A stretch of 64,000 nucleotides of DNA from contig OZ024740.1 in assembly GCA_964016885.1 (NCBI GenBank), positions 339,078,001 through 339,142,000 of the forward strand, given 5' to 3'. Position 1 is the stretch's first letter, and the number at the start of each line of letters is the position of its first letter. This document shows, one piece after another, positions 1 to 17,521 of the stretch. Source of the DNA: Eledone cirrhosa. Lineage: Eukaryota. The notes below the pieces were generated by a model that was given only the letters and a program-made list of their open reading frames with translations, was not told where the DNA came from and made no database searches. A program made the translations under genes and the position numbers.

Positions 1-100
1 TGTGTGTGTATATATATATATGTATATATATATATGTATATATATATATATGTATACATATATACATACATATATATATAGATATATATATATATACATA

Positions 101-677
<577 letters not shown>

Positions 678-719
678 ATATATATATATATATATGGATA
701 TATATATATATATATATGG

Positions 720-758
<39 letters not shown>

Positions 759-913
759 TATTGTTATACTTTGGGAGGGTCATGTTGCCAATAAGAAACA
801 CACGCACCAGTTGCTTTCACTTCAATTTATTATAATAAATTTATAATAAATTTATAAATTTATAGATTTCTGGTTGGTTGGTTGGTTCCACAACCAGATA
901 GTTGTTTATATAT

Positions 914-958
914 AGTCATAGTTCTTTCGTCACACACTCTGTGACCTCTTCAGTGACT
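914..958 (-). ncRNA. Minimal type-I hammerhead ribozyme in the PLE pseudo-LTR
   Basis: aguca CUGAAGA g gucaca-gagug-ugugac GAAA gaac UA ugacu; 5-bp stem I, 6-bp stem II. Confidence 0.75.
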
Positions 959-1169
959 GGGGATTCCTTTCTTTGTTTCTGTGGCTCTCCTTTGTTCTGT
1001 CCTACGACATTTTGTTTCTGTGTGTATGTTGTGTGCTCAGTCTGCGTATGCCCCACATCCGGGTGTCTGTGTGTGTTTATGTTCATTTATTTATTTGTTT
1101 ATTTACATGTTACTGGTTGGTTGTTTGTTCTATGTGTGTGTGTGTTTTCATTTTGTCCTTAATTGTAAT

Positions 1170-2980
1170 TTGTGATGTTGCTGTTCCACTCGTATTTTCT
1201 ATTTAATTTTGGTTGTAATTCTTTTATGTTTATTGCCTCTGTAATTTGTCTAAACGTTGCATCTTTTCTGTGTGTAGATTCTATTTTTATTCCTATGTTC
1301 TCTAATTTACCCTTGTGTTCTCTATTTTAGCATGTTGGTAGAGTACAGATGATTCTTTACTATCTTGAAGGTCTCGCCAGTGTTCATTTATCCGTTCCCC
1401 TACACTACGAGCTGTCTCACCTATGTACACTATATTTTTGTCTCTACATTGTCCTTCAGTACAGCTTATGCTATACACTACATTTCTAGTTTTACAGTTA
1501 ATATGGGGGCTTATTTTATAGTTTATACATTTCTTGTCTATACATGAGGGTCTTTGAAAAGGGTATGTCTTGCTAATAAATGTTTTTACGGAGGTACTTG
1601 GTCTTTCTACTATCTTAATATTGAGTTTATGTTTATTTAGGGCCCTTCTAAATTTGTAAGCTAATTCACCTCTAGGGGTTGTATCGATGAACATTACACT
1701 CTGGTATTTATTGTTATCATACCAAGAGTTTATTCTATTAGCCTTGTTCCTAGTTCTTTCTATTTTATTCCAAAATTTGCTCCTATACAAGGGGCAGGTC
1801 CCATTTATGTCATTATTTACCATTTTTTCCCCATTTAGTTCTGGCTCCTCTATACACTCTGATTTTATCTCTCTGATTGTAGCCAGAGAACTGCATACGG
1901 TGGATGAAGTGTTGTATGTGTCTCTCTAGTTCTTCGGGGTTGCACATGCGGGACACATTTCTCATCACCCGTACCAAATCCGCAATCAGTATGTTGATTT
2001 TGGTATGGTCCGAAACGGCCGAGTCTCGGTGGATCAGATGTTTGGAAGTCATGGGTTTGGCATAATGGGAATGGAGGATTTGTTTTTTATTATTAATGTT
2101 ATCTAACCAGAGCTCTGTGTCTAGTACAGGTAATCGATGGTTGGGGTGTTTACTTGGGTAGTCTATAATAACTCTAATGCTGTGGTGGATGGAGTTAGCT
2201 ATTTGCTGGATGCCTCCATTGTGTTTTTCTTTAGTTACTGAATGTTCCCTAGTGGGGGTTTCTTAACTAGAATGTTTATATCATCAACGTAGCGGGAGTA
2301 CATTATCGGGGTTAAGGGGTCTTCTAATTGTTCTTTAAGTTTAAGTTTAAGTCTACTGTCCCACCATTCCATGAATAAGTTAGCTATGTCGCCTGCAATG
2401 CTAACACCAATGGCTGCTCCTTCCTCTTGGGCATATGTTTTTCCATTAAATTTGAACATATGTTCCTTAAGGGTTAGTTTTATGCTGGCCCCTACCGCAT
2501 GTGCAATCATTTTCTTCAGTTCATCGTGGTTTTCGGGTGTCTGTATGGCTCTGGTCCACCCGTTCCATCTATCTGTGTGGGTTTTCTTGGCCATTGAGGT
2601 AATGGTAGGTGGTCTGCCTCTTGCTGGTCTTGTAGGGCACAGGTTGCTAAGGTCATATGTGTCTAGGTAATTATTACTATAGGTAAGTTTAAGTAGGTGT
2701 CCCAAATCACTGGTATCAATCCCACGGAACTCAACATTGCTCTCACTGATCATTTCTACGCTTTTCTCCACAGCAAAATCCACGTCAATAGATGGATACA
2801 GGGACACAACATCCATACTACCTATTATGCAGTTTGTTAGGTCCCTAGATCGGTTACTCACGCCGATTCTGCTGAGGAGGTCCTCCGTGCTGTCACATAT
2901 ATCTGGGGACATTTCAATGATGGGGCGTATGATCAGGGAGAGGAAGTAGGACAGTTTGTAGTTACTAGCAATGTTAGCTC
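1170..2980 (-). pseudogene. PLE reverse transcriptase + GIY-YIG endonuclease, frameshifted (ORFs 2235-3095 part, 1813-2052, 1302-1823)
   Basis: GSMDVVSLYPSI, GAAIGVSIAGDIANLFMEWWD, YSRYVDDI, NVVYSISC...YIGETARSVGERINEHW. Confidence 0.9.
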
Positions 2981-3117
2981 CATAAATAAATGAACATAAA
3001 CACACACAGACACCCGGATGTGGTGCATGCGCAGACTGAGCACACAACACACACACAGAAACAAAATGGCGTAGGACAGAACAAAGGAGAGGCACAGAAA
3101 CAAAGAAAGGAATCCCC

Positions 3118-3162
3118 AGTCACTGAAGAGGTCACAGAGTGTGTGACGAAAGAACTATGACT
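3118..3162 (+). ncRNA. Minimal hammerhead, inverted copy of 914-958
   Basis: agtca CTGAAGA g gtcacagagtgtgtgac GAAA gaac TA tgact. Confidence 0.75.
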
Positions 3163-3372
3163 ATATAAAAACAACTATCTGGTTGTGGAACCAACCAACC
3201 AACCAGAAATTTATAAATTTATGAATTTATTATAAATTTATTATAATAAATTGAAGTGAAAGCAACTGGTGCGTGTGTTTCTTATTGGCAACATGACCCT
3301 CCCAAAGTATAACAATATCGGTTTCAACACACGATTTCAGATAAAGAATCTTGCTAAACAAATTCAGAAACG

Positions 3373-3510
<138 letters not shown>

Positions 3511-3513
3511 GTG

Positions 3514-3730
<217 letters not shown>

Positions 3731-3853
3731 GGAGGTGAGTTTTATTGTAGTACAATAAAGCAATGCAGATATCGGATAAGAAGCACTCTACAGTTTGTAG
3801 GACTGGAGTATACATAATATATAAGAACAAAAGATGGTTAAAAGAGTTCCATG

Positions 3854-3924
3854 TATTTTATTATGCGCATTTCAAAAACAAATATCATCATGCAATAATA
3901 TTTGTGTTTTCATCAGATAAAATA
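3854..3924 (-). ncRNA. Type-I hammerhead ribozyme (inverted copy of 4508-4578)
   Basis: Plus strand reads tattttat TA tgcgca TTTC aaaaacaaatat...atatttgtgttt TCATCAG ataaaata. Confidence 0.75.
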
Positions 3925-4507
3925 GGAAGACATGATATGAAGGTTAAAAACACTTGTGGATAACTTACTCATTTCATCTAACTTACTCATGCTCATCTCA
4001 CAATATATCCTTACTTACATTACTTGTTGTTCTTTTTAATAATACATATCAACATTTTCTTTCCATCGCACATATTATTAAACCCTTAAATATTATTCTT
4101 AACACATATTAACATTTTCTTTTCATCGCACATATTATTAAACCCTTCAATATACAAACCTTAACTTTACATTATATTTCTCTTCGTTAATTTTCAAATT
4201 CTTTTAATTTATACATTATCTTCCAACGGTTTTCAACCTCTCTATGTAAAACAATATATTTTTCTCAGTTATAAAAGCTATCTCTCTATCACCCATCTCT
4301 CCTCCTAACTCATCCTTCCTCATTATACTCCTCCCTCTCCACTTTTTACTCTCGTCTCCTCCTCTTTTTCATTCTTTCCAACCCCCCTCCCCTCGAAAAA
4401 AAATATATTTTTCCCAATATCACACATCAATCTAAAAGTACTTTTCATATGTTGATTTAAAACTGCACTATCCACAAGTGTTTTTTAACCTTCATATCAT
4501 GTCTTCC

Positions 4508-4578
4508 TATTTTATCTGATGAAAACACAAATATTATTGTATGATGATATTTGTTTTTGAAATGCGCATAATAAAATA
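4508..4578 (+). ncRNA. Type-I hammerhead ribozyme with palindromic stem III
   Basis: tattttat CTGATGA aaacacaaatat...atatttgttttt GAAA tgcgca TA ataaaata; 8-bp stem I. Confidence 0.8.
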
Positions 4579-4606
4579 CATGGAACTCTTTTAACCATCT
4601 TTTGTT

Positions 4607-4738
<132 letters not shown>

Positions 4739-4896
4739 AAGATAAGCAGAACAAGCAAAATTCAACCAATTTTTTTAAATAAATTAAAAAATATAATTTA
4801 AATATTTACCTATTCTCGACCTTTTAGATCCGTGCTAGCTGGCGGATAACAATATATTTTATCGTTCCTGGGTCTTTAGCCCTAGGAAAGGAAAAT

Positions 4897-4979
4897 GCTT
4901 CTCTGATGAACTTTGATTTTCCATTAGAAATCCATTGGATTTCTGGTGTTTTACAAAGCGAAACCGATCGGTAAGGGCC
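4897..4979 (+). ncRNA. Type-I hammerhead ribozyme, copy 1
   Basis: ttct CTGATGA actttg...agaaatcca-t-tggatttct...caaagc GAAA ccgatcgg TA aggg. Confidence 0.7.
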
Positions 4980-5381
4980 AAAAGAATAGGTAAATATTTA
5001 AATTATATTTATTTATTTATTTTAAAAAATTGGTTGAATTTTGCTTGTTCTGCTTATCTTAATATTATAGTTCTGGTATGTCAAATTAATACCATAGAAC
5101 AACCTTAAATCATAGACAACCTATATATTTCTAGGTGTACTTAGTTCCCTTGGGCATATTAACTTCTTCTATTATAATTCTCCGTTATGTTGAGAACTAA
5201 TCTGTTGTTTCTATTTAGCTGCTATTTTTAGTAACGAGATAGACAATACGTCTATGTTTTTCCCGCTTTCACCTCGGGCAGTTCACGTACGGGTCATTTT
5301 TCGACCTTTTAGATCCGTGCTAGCTGGCGGATAACAATATATTTTATCATTCCTGGGTCATTAGTCCTAGGAAAGGAAAAT

Positions 5382-5464
5382 GCTTCTCTGATGAACTTTG
5401 ATTTTCCATTAGAAATCCATGGAATTTCTGGTGTTTTACAAAGCGAAACCGATCGGTAAAGGCC
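5382..5464 (+). ncRNA. Type-I hammerhead ribozyme, copy 2
   Basis: CTGATGA at 5388, GAAA ccgatcgg TA at 5445-5458. Confidence 0.65.
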
Positions 5465-5654
5465 AAAAGAATAGGTAAATATTTAAATTATATTTTTTTA
5501 TTTATTTTAAAAAATTGGTTGAATTTTGCTTGTTCTGCTTATCTTAATATTATAGTTCTGGTATGTCAAATTAATACCATAGAACAACCTTAAATCATAG
5601 ACAACCTATATATTTCTAGGTGTACTTAGTACCCTTGGGCATATTAACTTCTTC

Positions 5655-5730
<76 letters not shown>

Positions 5731-5734
<4 letters not shown>

Positions 5735-6585
5735 TACAACGAAGCGTTAGGTAGAGCTGGATATAGAAATAAAATGAAATACATCGATAATAATAATAAT
5801 AAGCAAACTAACCAAAATAATAACAATTTTAATTATGGTAACAACTTTAACAACTATAATAGAAAACATTACAATAATTCCAAAAGCCGAAAAAGAAATA
5901 GAATTAGAAATATATTATGGTTTGCTCCCCCTTTCTCACTAAATATTAAAACCCCTATTGCTAAACTATTCTTTAAAGCTCTTGACAAACGTTTCCCTAG
6001 AACACATAAATATTACTCAATTTTTAATAGACATACTATAAAATTAACTTACTCGTCCACCAAAAATTTAGCACAAAATATTAATAGAATTAATAATAGA
6101 AACTTAAAACCTAACCAAAATACCAATAATAACCCAAGCAATATTCAATTGAATAACTGTAACTGTAGAAATAAATCTAACTGTCCGTTAAATAACAACT
6201 GCTTAGCTAAAAATGTAGTGTACAATTGTAATGTTAAAACTAATTTAAATTCATTTAACTATGTCGGTTCTACCTCTACAGAATTTAAATTTCGCTTCAA
6301 TAATCATAAAAATTCTTTCACAGATCCAAACAAAAAATCTTCAACTTCGCTATCTAGCCTACTATGGGACCTTAAACGAGATAATGTTAAATATTCGATG
6401 ACTTGGAATATTATTTCAGAAGCTACTCCTTTTAATTCCTCTTCAGAAAATTGTGATCTTTGTATTGAAGAAATATTCTTTATATTAAAGTTAAAAAATC
6501 CCTTAATTTAAGGAATAATTTATTCAGTTGCTGCAGACACAGATTGAACTCAACGTTTAAATATAAATATAAATTTAAAATGTAG
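5731..6585 (+). pseudogene. C-terminal part of a PLE polyprotein (linker + GIY-YIG), Hydra-clade-like; frameshift near 6505
   Basis: WFAPPFS, CNCRNKSNCPLNNNCLAKNVVY, YVGSTSTEFKFRFNNHKNSF, CDLC; LNLRNNLFSCCRH continues in another frame; 5' end truncated at (TA)n. Confidence 0.85.
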
Positions 6586-8294
6586 TATAAGTAATTTAAG
6601 TAATTTAGTTAATATATGAAACCTGTCGATAAATCATTAGATTCCTTCACCTTTTTCTTTTTAAATTTTCTTCCTAAATATAAACATAGATATAATAAAC
6701 TACTCTAAAATGTTTATACTTCCAATGTCTTAAATAAAATATACGTAAGATAAATTTCTATACTAAATATAAGGATATCTGTAGAATCCTTGGCTTTTTT
6801 TAAATTTTTTAAATTTTTAAATTTTTTAATTTTTTAAACTTTTTAAAATTTTTAAATTTTTAAATTATATTGATATAATATTTATTTAACTTTTATTTTT
6901 ATTATTATTTTATTTTTATTTTTATTTTTATTTTTATTTATTTTTATTAGGTTTATTTTGATTCTGATAGCTTCTCATAATTTTCATAAGTCTACCCTTT
7001 CAATATCTTGATTAAAATATACGTAGGATAAATTTCTATACTAAATATATGAAACATATTATTTTAACTTAAGATACTCTATAGTGTTTTTAAAGATATT
7101 TAATGTTTTGATATCTCTAGAATTCGTTTGTCCTTTAGACTATACTGATATAATTGTATTTCCAAAATATAATCCTTTGGTATTTTAAATTTATATTGTT
7201 ATAATTATATTTCCAAAGTATAATCCTTTAGTAATTTATTGATATTTGATTATCTCTATACAGATGTGTATGTGTGTATTAACATGCTTATAAAAGTGTT
7301 ATAGGTTTTTTATGATTGTATATCTGACTGTATGTGTACATGAGTGATGCGGGTCTAACAATTGGTGAAGACGCACGCAAATATTTATTTATACATATGT
7401 ATGTGTATATATATATATGTATATGTATGTGTGTGGGTGAGAGTTATGTGTGTGCATGCCTACCCACGCAGTTTTGATTGCAGATATGCATAATTTTAAC
7501 AAAATGTTAAATGCATGAATGGTAATCGTATATATGAAGGCATGAATGTTAATCGTATATATTTATGTATATATACTGTGAACTTTTTATAACACAAGGA
7601 ATGTATAGCAGTGATTAAGAGAAATCATTTGCGTTTTGTATGTCTATATTGTAGACCTGAGTAGACATAATTTCTATTCTCAGGCCGTGTGTATATATAT
7701 ATATATATATATTTGTCTATCTTTGCCGTAAGATAGTGGTTTCTCAAATTTTAGTATATTGATCTCAAATTTTAAACTAAACATATAATCATTATTAAAC
7801 AATGTTTAATTTCTCATATTATATATATTTATGTCCCATTCATGAATATTAATATTTATATTTTTATTATTCATTTCATATAAATTGTTAACTCAACTTA
7901 ATATGACATGACGTAAAGTTTTCATTATCTCCCCCCTCTCTATATATTATTGAGTTTTTCTATCTGTCTGATGACTGGATATCTCTCTGTTGCTTTCCTC
8001 TGTTTTTCTTATTTCTTCCTTTTTTCTTTTTTCTTTCTTTCCTCCTGTCATTATTTATCTCTCTCTTTTTTCTCCATGCATTTCTCTCTCTCCGATATTT
8101 CTCCACGTTTTTTTCTTTTTCTTTTTTCTCTCTCTCCGTCTTTTTTTCTTTCTCTCCGTCTTTTTCTAATTGTCCTTAACACTAAGACTTATTAAAATAA
8201 TATAAACAATTCACTATCCAGATGGCTTCCAAAAGTAATGGTTGCATTTTAAAAGGGAACGTCAAAGCTTATTTGTAAAACTATTATATATTGT

Positions 8295-8357
8295 ATTTTG
8301 TCTGATGAAGGCATACCATGATTTAATTTGGTATCCCTGAAATATGTATAATGAAAT
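8295..8357 (+). ncRNA. Type-I hammerhead ribozyme
   Basis: attttgt CTGATGA aggcatacca...tggtatccct GAAA tatgta TA atgaaat. Confidence 0.65.
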
Positions 8358-8489
8358 AAATATGGTTTTATAAATATAGTTTCCATTTATTAATATCGTA
8401 TATCTACTCCAAATACTTGTCGAGTGCTTTATATCAGTTATAAAAATATTTACTTGTTGTATCCCAACAATTTTAAATAGAACTTTTGC

Positions 8490-8653
<164 letters not shown>

Positions 8654-8654
8654 G

Positions 8655-8696
<42 letters not shown>

Positions 8697-8709
8697 TGTA
8701 TATACATAC

Positions 8710-8853
<144 letters not shown>

Positions 8854-8861
8854 ATATATAT

Positions 8862-9033
8862 GGAGATCTCCCAGCACTATGTGTCAATAATTGTCACAAG
8901 TGTACTATTTGTACCAGAATTTTCAAGTCGCTGGCTGGACTAAAATATCACACTCTTTCAGCGCATCGGTTAGGGGTTCTCCTACATGGATATAGAGTAG
9001 TGGCCGTACTCGAAAACGAGTTGGCAGCCACCA
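8862..9033 (+). mobile_element. RTE-like LINE 3' tail fragment (C-terminal C2H2-like finger + short 3'UTR) in (TA)n
   Basis: [20 protein letters not shown]; homologous to ~15095-15245. Confidence 0.5.
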
Positions 9034-9057
9034 TATATATATATATATATATATATA

Positions 9058-11149
9058 ATGGAAACATTTGAACAGGGACAAAACAGAGAGGCAGTACAAC
9101 GAATGTTTATTAATTTCACGCTCTGGAGAGTGGGGTGTTGGTGGGGGACGACGTTTCGGACATAAGCCCTTCCTCAGGTGAGAAGTGCGTGGGAACAGAG
9201 TTCAAAGGGTGTGTAGGGGAGTGGTGGAGAGACATATAGCGAAAGGAAACGGTGCGAATGAAAAAATAAAAAAATAAAGATAAAAATAAAAATAAAGCAT
9301 GATCAAAATACAAGGAATGAAATAAATTTAAATATAAAAGCATGATCAAAATAAATGGAAATTAAAAGGGGGGTAAAACAGGTGGTGGGAGGGTATGGGG
9401 TGTGTAGGGGTGGTTGCGGGTGGAGTGGGGAGAGGGAGACGGGGTGTCCGAGCGGGGAGGGCTGAAGGTGGTGTGTGTGCGTAAGTGTACGTGTGTGTGT
9501 GTGTGTGTGTATGTGAAAGTAAGGGTTGGGGGAAGAACGGGGTTGCATGTTCAGGAAGAGGTGTGTGGGGGGGTCGGAGTGTGTGTGCGTGTGTGGATAT
9601 AGGGGGGAGAGGAATCGGGAGGCTGAGGGTGTAAATATGTGGTGGAAAGCACGTGTGTGTGGGGTTTAAGCGTGTTGTGGGTGTAGGTGGCGTGTGGAGA
9701 AAAATTTTTTTTTGGTGTGTGTGTGGGTGAGTTATATAGGTGATTACGTAAGAGGATGGTTGAAAAGTAGGTAAATTCCGAAGGTGTTTAGTGGATTCTG
9801 TGTTGGTCAATTTCTGCGTGCGGGTATTCCATGAAGCGATGGTCGGAAGAGGAGAGATGTGGGGTGCGCGCGCAACAGGAAGTGGTCAAGCAGTGGGAGT
9901 GCTGTGTGTCTGTTTGTGCTGGGAGGTGGTCAGACGGCATAGCAGCAGTCGGTGGAATAGTAAAGGGGCGAGGATGGGTAGGTGTGAAAGTTGGAGTGAG
10001 GAGGGTGTGTGTGTGTGTGTGTATTAGTAGAGGTGTTAGTGGGATGAGTGAGTGTGGACCGAGGGTGTGGGTGGAGCGGGGAGAGAAGGGTGTGCGTGGT
10101 TCTATGGAGGGAATGTGGTGTACTGGTGTGTGTGTAGTTAGATGAAGGGGTGTTAGTGGGTGTTAGTATACGGGAGGTGGGGAGGGGTTGAATGCAGGTG
10201 TGAGTGGGGGTTAGTGGTGGTAGGGTGTGTAGAGTTGGTGGTGTACGAGGGTGTGTGGGTACGTGTGCGTGGGGTTGGGGGGTGTTAGTGATGTTAGTTG
10301 CGTGTGGGTGGGTGGTGTAAGTGGGTGCGTGTATTCGTGTGCTTGGGGTTAGGGGGTGTTAGTGAGGTTATTTTCGGGGTGGTGGGATGGAGGTGTGGGG
10401 GTGAGAGGTGTGGGGGTGAGAGGTGTGGGGGTGAGGGTTAGTGGTGGTAGTAGGGTGTGTGTTTAGTGTGAGCGCGTGTATATATGTGCCGGTGGGTGTG
10501 TGCGTGTGATAAGGAGGAGGGAGGAGGAGAAGAAGGGAGGGATGTTAGTATGTTAGTTGGGGAAGGGTGGTCAGATGAGGGGTGGAGTGGAGGTGTTAGT
10601 ATTGTTAGTTGTGGGGTGGGCGGTGAAAAGGAGGGGTGTGTTAGTGGTGTTAGTGGGGGATAAGTGTGGGGGGAGGGGGCGGTCGTAGGCTAAAGGAATA
10701 AGGGTGGGGAGTTCAGGCCGGGGGGAGTGTGGGTCTGTAAGATGAAGATAGTTCGTTGTTCGACCGTAAGGCGATTGGCGGGTGTTCCGTGGCACTGGAG
10801 TAGGCCACAGACTGTGAGATGGCGTGCGGAATGTCCAGGGCCACCAAAGTGGCGGGCGATGGGGGAACTACCCCCGAGACGAATATCCCGGAGGTGCTCA
10901 GTGAATCGGTCCGCCAGGCGACGTCCCGTCTGTCCGACATAAGTCCGACATAAGTCCGTAGACTAGGTTGGAGGAGGTGCAGCGGAAGGCATGCCGGACA
11001 GAGAGAGAGTGGCCGTTGGGACCCTGGAAGGTAGTGGTGTTGGTGATGTGGGGACAGGTGTTGCAGCGGGGCCTAGAACAGGGAAAGGAACCGAGGGGGG
11101 GAACAGAGCGTGGGTTGGGGGGTAGGGAGCTGTAGACGAGGAGGGTGCG

Positions 11150-11150
<1 letters not shown>
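9058..11150 (-). mobile_element. 5'-truncated Neptune-like PLE: GIY-YIG remnant (10700-11150) + 1.6 kb C/A-rich 3' region
   Basis: PCSRPRCNTCPHI...FRCTSSNLVY, YVGQTGRRLADRFTEHLRDI...PIARHF...EQRTIFILQTH; inverted paralogue at 17522-19305. Confidence 0.85.
9148..9180 (-). ncRNA. Minimal hammerhead-like motif of the Neptune-like element
   Basis: ac CUGAGGA a gggc-uuau-gucc GAAAC GUC gu; stem I very short. Confidence 0.5.
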
Positions 11151-11180
<30 letters not shown>

Positions 11181-11252
11181 AGAAAAACCACATAGATGTG
11201 AGGAAAAACCATATAGATGTGAGAAAAACCACAGACCCTCCATCTCAACTCA

Positions 11253-11290
11253 CCTTTTGAAAAGCTGAAGAACTGCGAAACCGGTAAAGG
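11253..11290 (+). ncRNA. Variant-core hammerhead-like motif in a small TA-flanked cassette (11175-11430)
   Basis: cctt TTGAAAA gc...gc GAAA ccgg TA aagg; the downstream segment matches ~52450-52500 inverted. Confidence 0.4.
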
Positions 11291-11500
11291 AACCAAATAA
11301 ATATATATATTTTTTTTTAAAATAAGACTCCAGTTGCATTTTCGATTTCATCTCTTTTTCTTTATACTTTCACTCGTGTAGGACACCTCGGTTATTTTTC
11401 ATTTTGTCAAAAAAAACCTCACTTTCTAATATATATATGTATATATATATATATATGTATATATATTATATGTATATATATATATATATATGTATATATA

Positions 11501-11562
<62 letters not shown>

Positions 11563-11632
11563 GTGTGTGTATATATATTATATGTATATATATATAATAT
11601 GTATATATATATATATATAGAATATGTATATA

Positions 11633-14477
<2,845 letters not shown>

Positions 14478-14478
14478 A

Positions 14479-14554
<76 letters not shown>

Positions 14555-14592
14555 TATATATATATATATAAATATATATATGTATGTATATA

Positions 14593-14678
<86 letters not shown>

Positions 14679-14683
14679 GTATG

Positions 14684-14714
<31 letters not shown>

Positions 14715-14729
14715 ATATATTATATATGC

Positions 14730-14773
<44 letters not shown>

Positions 14774-14860
14774 ATATATATATGTATGTATATAATATAT
14801 ATATAAATATATGTATGTATATATATATGTATGTATATATATATATATATGTATGTATAT

Positions 14861-15275
14861 GACCCCCTTAGCCTTTGTCAAGGCAGAATTCTAGGAGAAG
14901 GAAAACTCTGATATAACACCTCCAACCCTGATGGTATCCAATGATGTTGACTTGTTCTTTTTGGTAAATATCATCTTGTTTAAGAGAGTGGGACTGGCTT
15001 TGTGCAGTGCCTTTGCTCACTATAAAAGCTTCACGGCACAGGCATTGCTTTATACCTGGAGATCTTTCTACACTTGTCGTCATATGGTAACATGAGCCCA
15101 GCACTATGTGTCAATAATTCTCACAAGTGTAGTGTTTGTACCAGAGTTTTCAAGTCGGTGGCTGGACTAAAACGTCACACTCGTTCAGCGTATCGTTTTC
15201 GAGTACGGCCACTACTTTATATCCATGTAAGAGAACCCCTACCGATACGCTGAACGAGTGTGACGTTTTAGTCAC
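14861..15275 (+). mobile_element. Non-autonomous RTE-derived element (5'UTR-like segment fused to a 3' tail), with terminal inversion
   Basis: ctaggagaaggaaaactctga motif and downstream block homologous to 37440-37600; 3' part homologous to 8870-9020; 15165-15196 is inverted at 15242-15273. Confidence 0.5.
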
Positions 15276-15346
15276 ATATATATATATGTACGTATATATA
15301 TATCTCTGTATATATATATATATATAAATGTATATATATATATAGG

Positions 15347-15399
<53 letters not shown>

Positions 15400-15411
15400 A
15401 TATATATATGT

Positions 15412-15545
<134 letters not shown>

Positions 15546-15596
15546 ATATATATATATGTTTATATATATATATGTATATATATAGGTATGTATATA

Positions 15597-15629
<33 letters not shown>

Positions 15630-15692
15630 GTGTATATATATATATGTATGTATATATATATATATATATATGTGTGTATAAATATATGTATG

Positions 15693-15770
<78 letters not shown>

Positions 15771-15773
<3 letters not shown>

Positions 15774-15863
15774 TAATAAATGAACAGAGAACAAAAAACA
15801 GAGAGGCAGAACAAATGATATTAGTATTAGTTTCACGCTTGTGAGTGGAGGGTGTGGGACTAA

Positions 15864-15932
<69 letters not shown>

Positions 15933-16666
15933 TAGAAAGAAAAACAGAGGAGTGGAAAGGACAGAATATGAAAATGTGTGTGGGGAGTGGAAAGAAGAGT
16001 GGGGTCACTTGGGCGGGATTTGTAAGAGATATGGGGAGCAAAACAACGGCTATGAGTTGGAGTGGTGGCCATAGGGGGATGTGTGAAATAAAGGGTTAAA
16101 AATAAGAAAAAAGAACCACTGGGTTGTGTCAGTCTCCCTCCGTACGTCTTTCTACTCCCACTTGTCCCTCTATATATCATATACAATGGTGGACAGCTCA
16201 GATGATTCTACAACAATGGTCGGTGACACAGTACTACGTGTCAGCATACATATGTTAATGTGTATGTGTGTGTGTCAGTATACATATTATAGTGTGTGTG
16301 TGTGTGTCAGTATACATATGTTAATGTGTATGCGTTTGTGTCAGTATACATATTATAGTGTGTGTGTCAGTATACATATTATAGTTTGTGTGTGTATTTA
16401 TATGTTAGTGTGTGTGTCGGTATACATATGTTAGTGTGTGTGTGTGTTAGTATACATATGATAGTGTGTGTGTGAGAGTGTGTGTTTATATGATCGTGTG
16501 TGTGTGTTTCAGTATACATATGTTAGTGTGTGTGAGAGAGTGTGTGTTTATATGATAGTGCATGTGTGTTTCATTATACATATGTTAGTGTGTGTGTGTG
16601 TGTATTTATATGTTAGTGTGTGTGTTTGTGTAAATATATGTTAGTGTGTGTGTGTCAGCATACATG

Positions 16667-16708
<42 letters not shown>

Positions 16709-16976
16709 TGTGTATGTGTGTGTGTCAATGTGTATTTATATGATAGTGTGTGTGTGTGCGTGTCAGAGTGTGTGTGTGTGTGTCAGTGTGTATTTATATG
16801 ATAGTGTGTGTGTTTCAGTATACATATGTTAGTGTGTGTGTGTCCAGTATGTCACTGAGTGTGCTTGTGTTAGCGTTTGGTAATTTAAATTCTGGCAATA
16901 TTACACTAATATGACCCTCCCCAAGTATAACAATATTTGTTTCGACACACGATTTCATATCAAAAACCTCGCAAAC
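15771..16976. mobile_element. Juxtaposed PLE terminal fragments with a GT-rich minisatellite (16240-16870)
   Basis: 15771-15860 resembles the Neptune-like end at 9058-9150; 16890-16976 resembles the Nematis-like end (atgaccctccccaagtataacaata); degenerate HHR at 16196-16244. Confidence 0.5.
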
Positions 16977-17000
16977 TATATATATATATATATATATATA

Positions 17001-17202
17001 GTTTTAATATAGATGAGATTCTACAGGACTAGAACTGTTTCATTCTTGAAAAATCATCAGGAATCGAGATTCCTGATGATTTCTCAAGAATGAAACAGTT
17101 CTAGTCCTGTAGAATCTCATATATGTTAAAACTTTTATACTCTGCTATGTATTAAGTACCTTACTTACTGTGGTTACCTCCAATTCAACCCGGAATAACT
17201 TA

Positions 17203-17205
<3 letters not shown>
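17001..17205. mobile_element. ~200-bp TA-flanked cassette consisting of a 130-bp palindrome with one HHR per arm, plus a tail
   Basis: 17001-17065 is approximately the reverse complement of 17068-17132. Confidence 0.75.
17066..17118 (+). ncRNA. Type-I hammerhead ribozyme (mirror copy on minus at 17015-17065)
   Basis: gagattc CTGATGA tttc-tcaa-gaat GAAA cag-ttctagtc-ctg TA gaatctc. Confidence 0.75.
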
Positions 17206-17260
<55 letters not shown>

Positions 17261-17391
17261 AGATGAATAAAATGGGTATAATAGCAGTTTATTACCAAAT
17301 GCGAAGAACCTCGATTTATCAACCCCTTATTAAAGGGTACGTAGCATTATTTTGTTTTACAATATATATATATATATTGTAAAACAAAATA

Positions 17392-17487
17392 ATTGTTTCT
17401 ACTTTAGGCACAAGGCCAGCAATTAACCAGTGCATTACTGGTACTTTATTTTATCGACCCCGTAAGGATGAAAGGCAAAGTCAACAA
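17392..17487 (-). mobile_element. tRNA-derived SINE, 3' half
   Basis: Reverse complement of ctttgcctttcatccttacggggtcgataaaataaagtaccagt...ttgtgcctaaagtagaaacaatt. Confidence 0.8.
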
Positions 17488-17521
17488 AATAATGCTATAT
17501 ATATATATATATGTATATATA

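Noticed and set aside
10130-10660. Telomere-like gttag/gggttag words as interstitial telomere
   Set aside because: Scattered words within the PLE 3' region, not a tandem TTAGGG array
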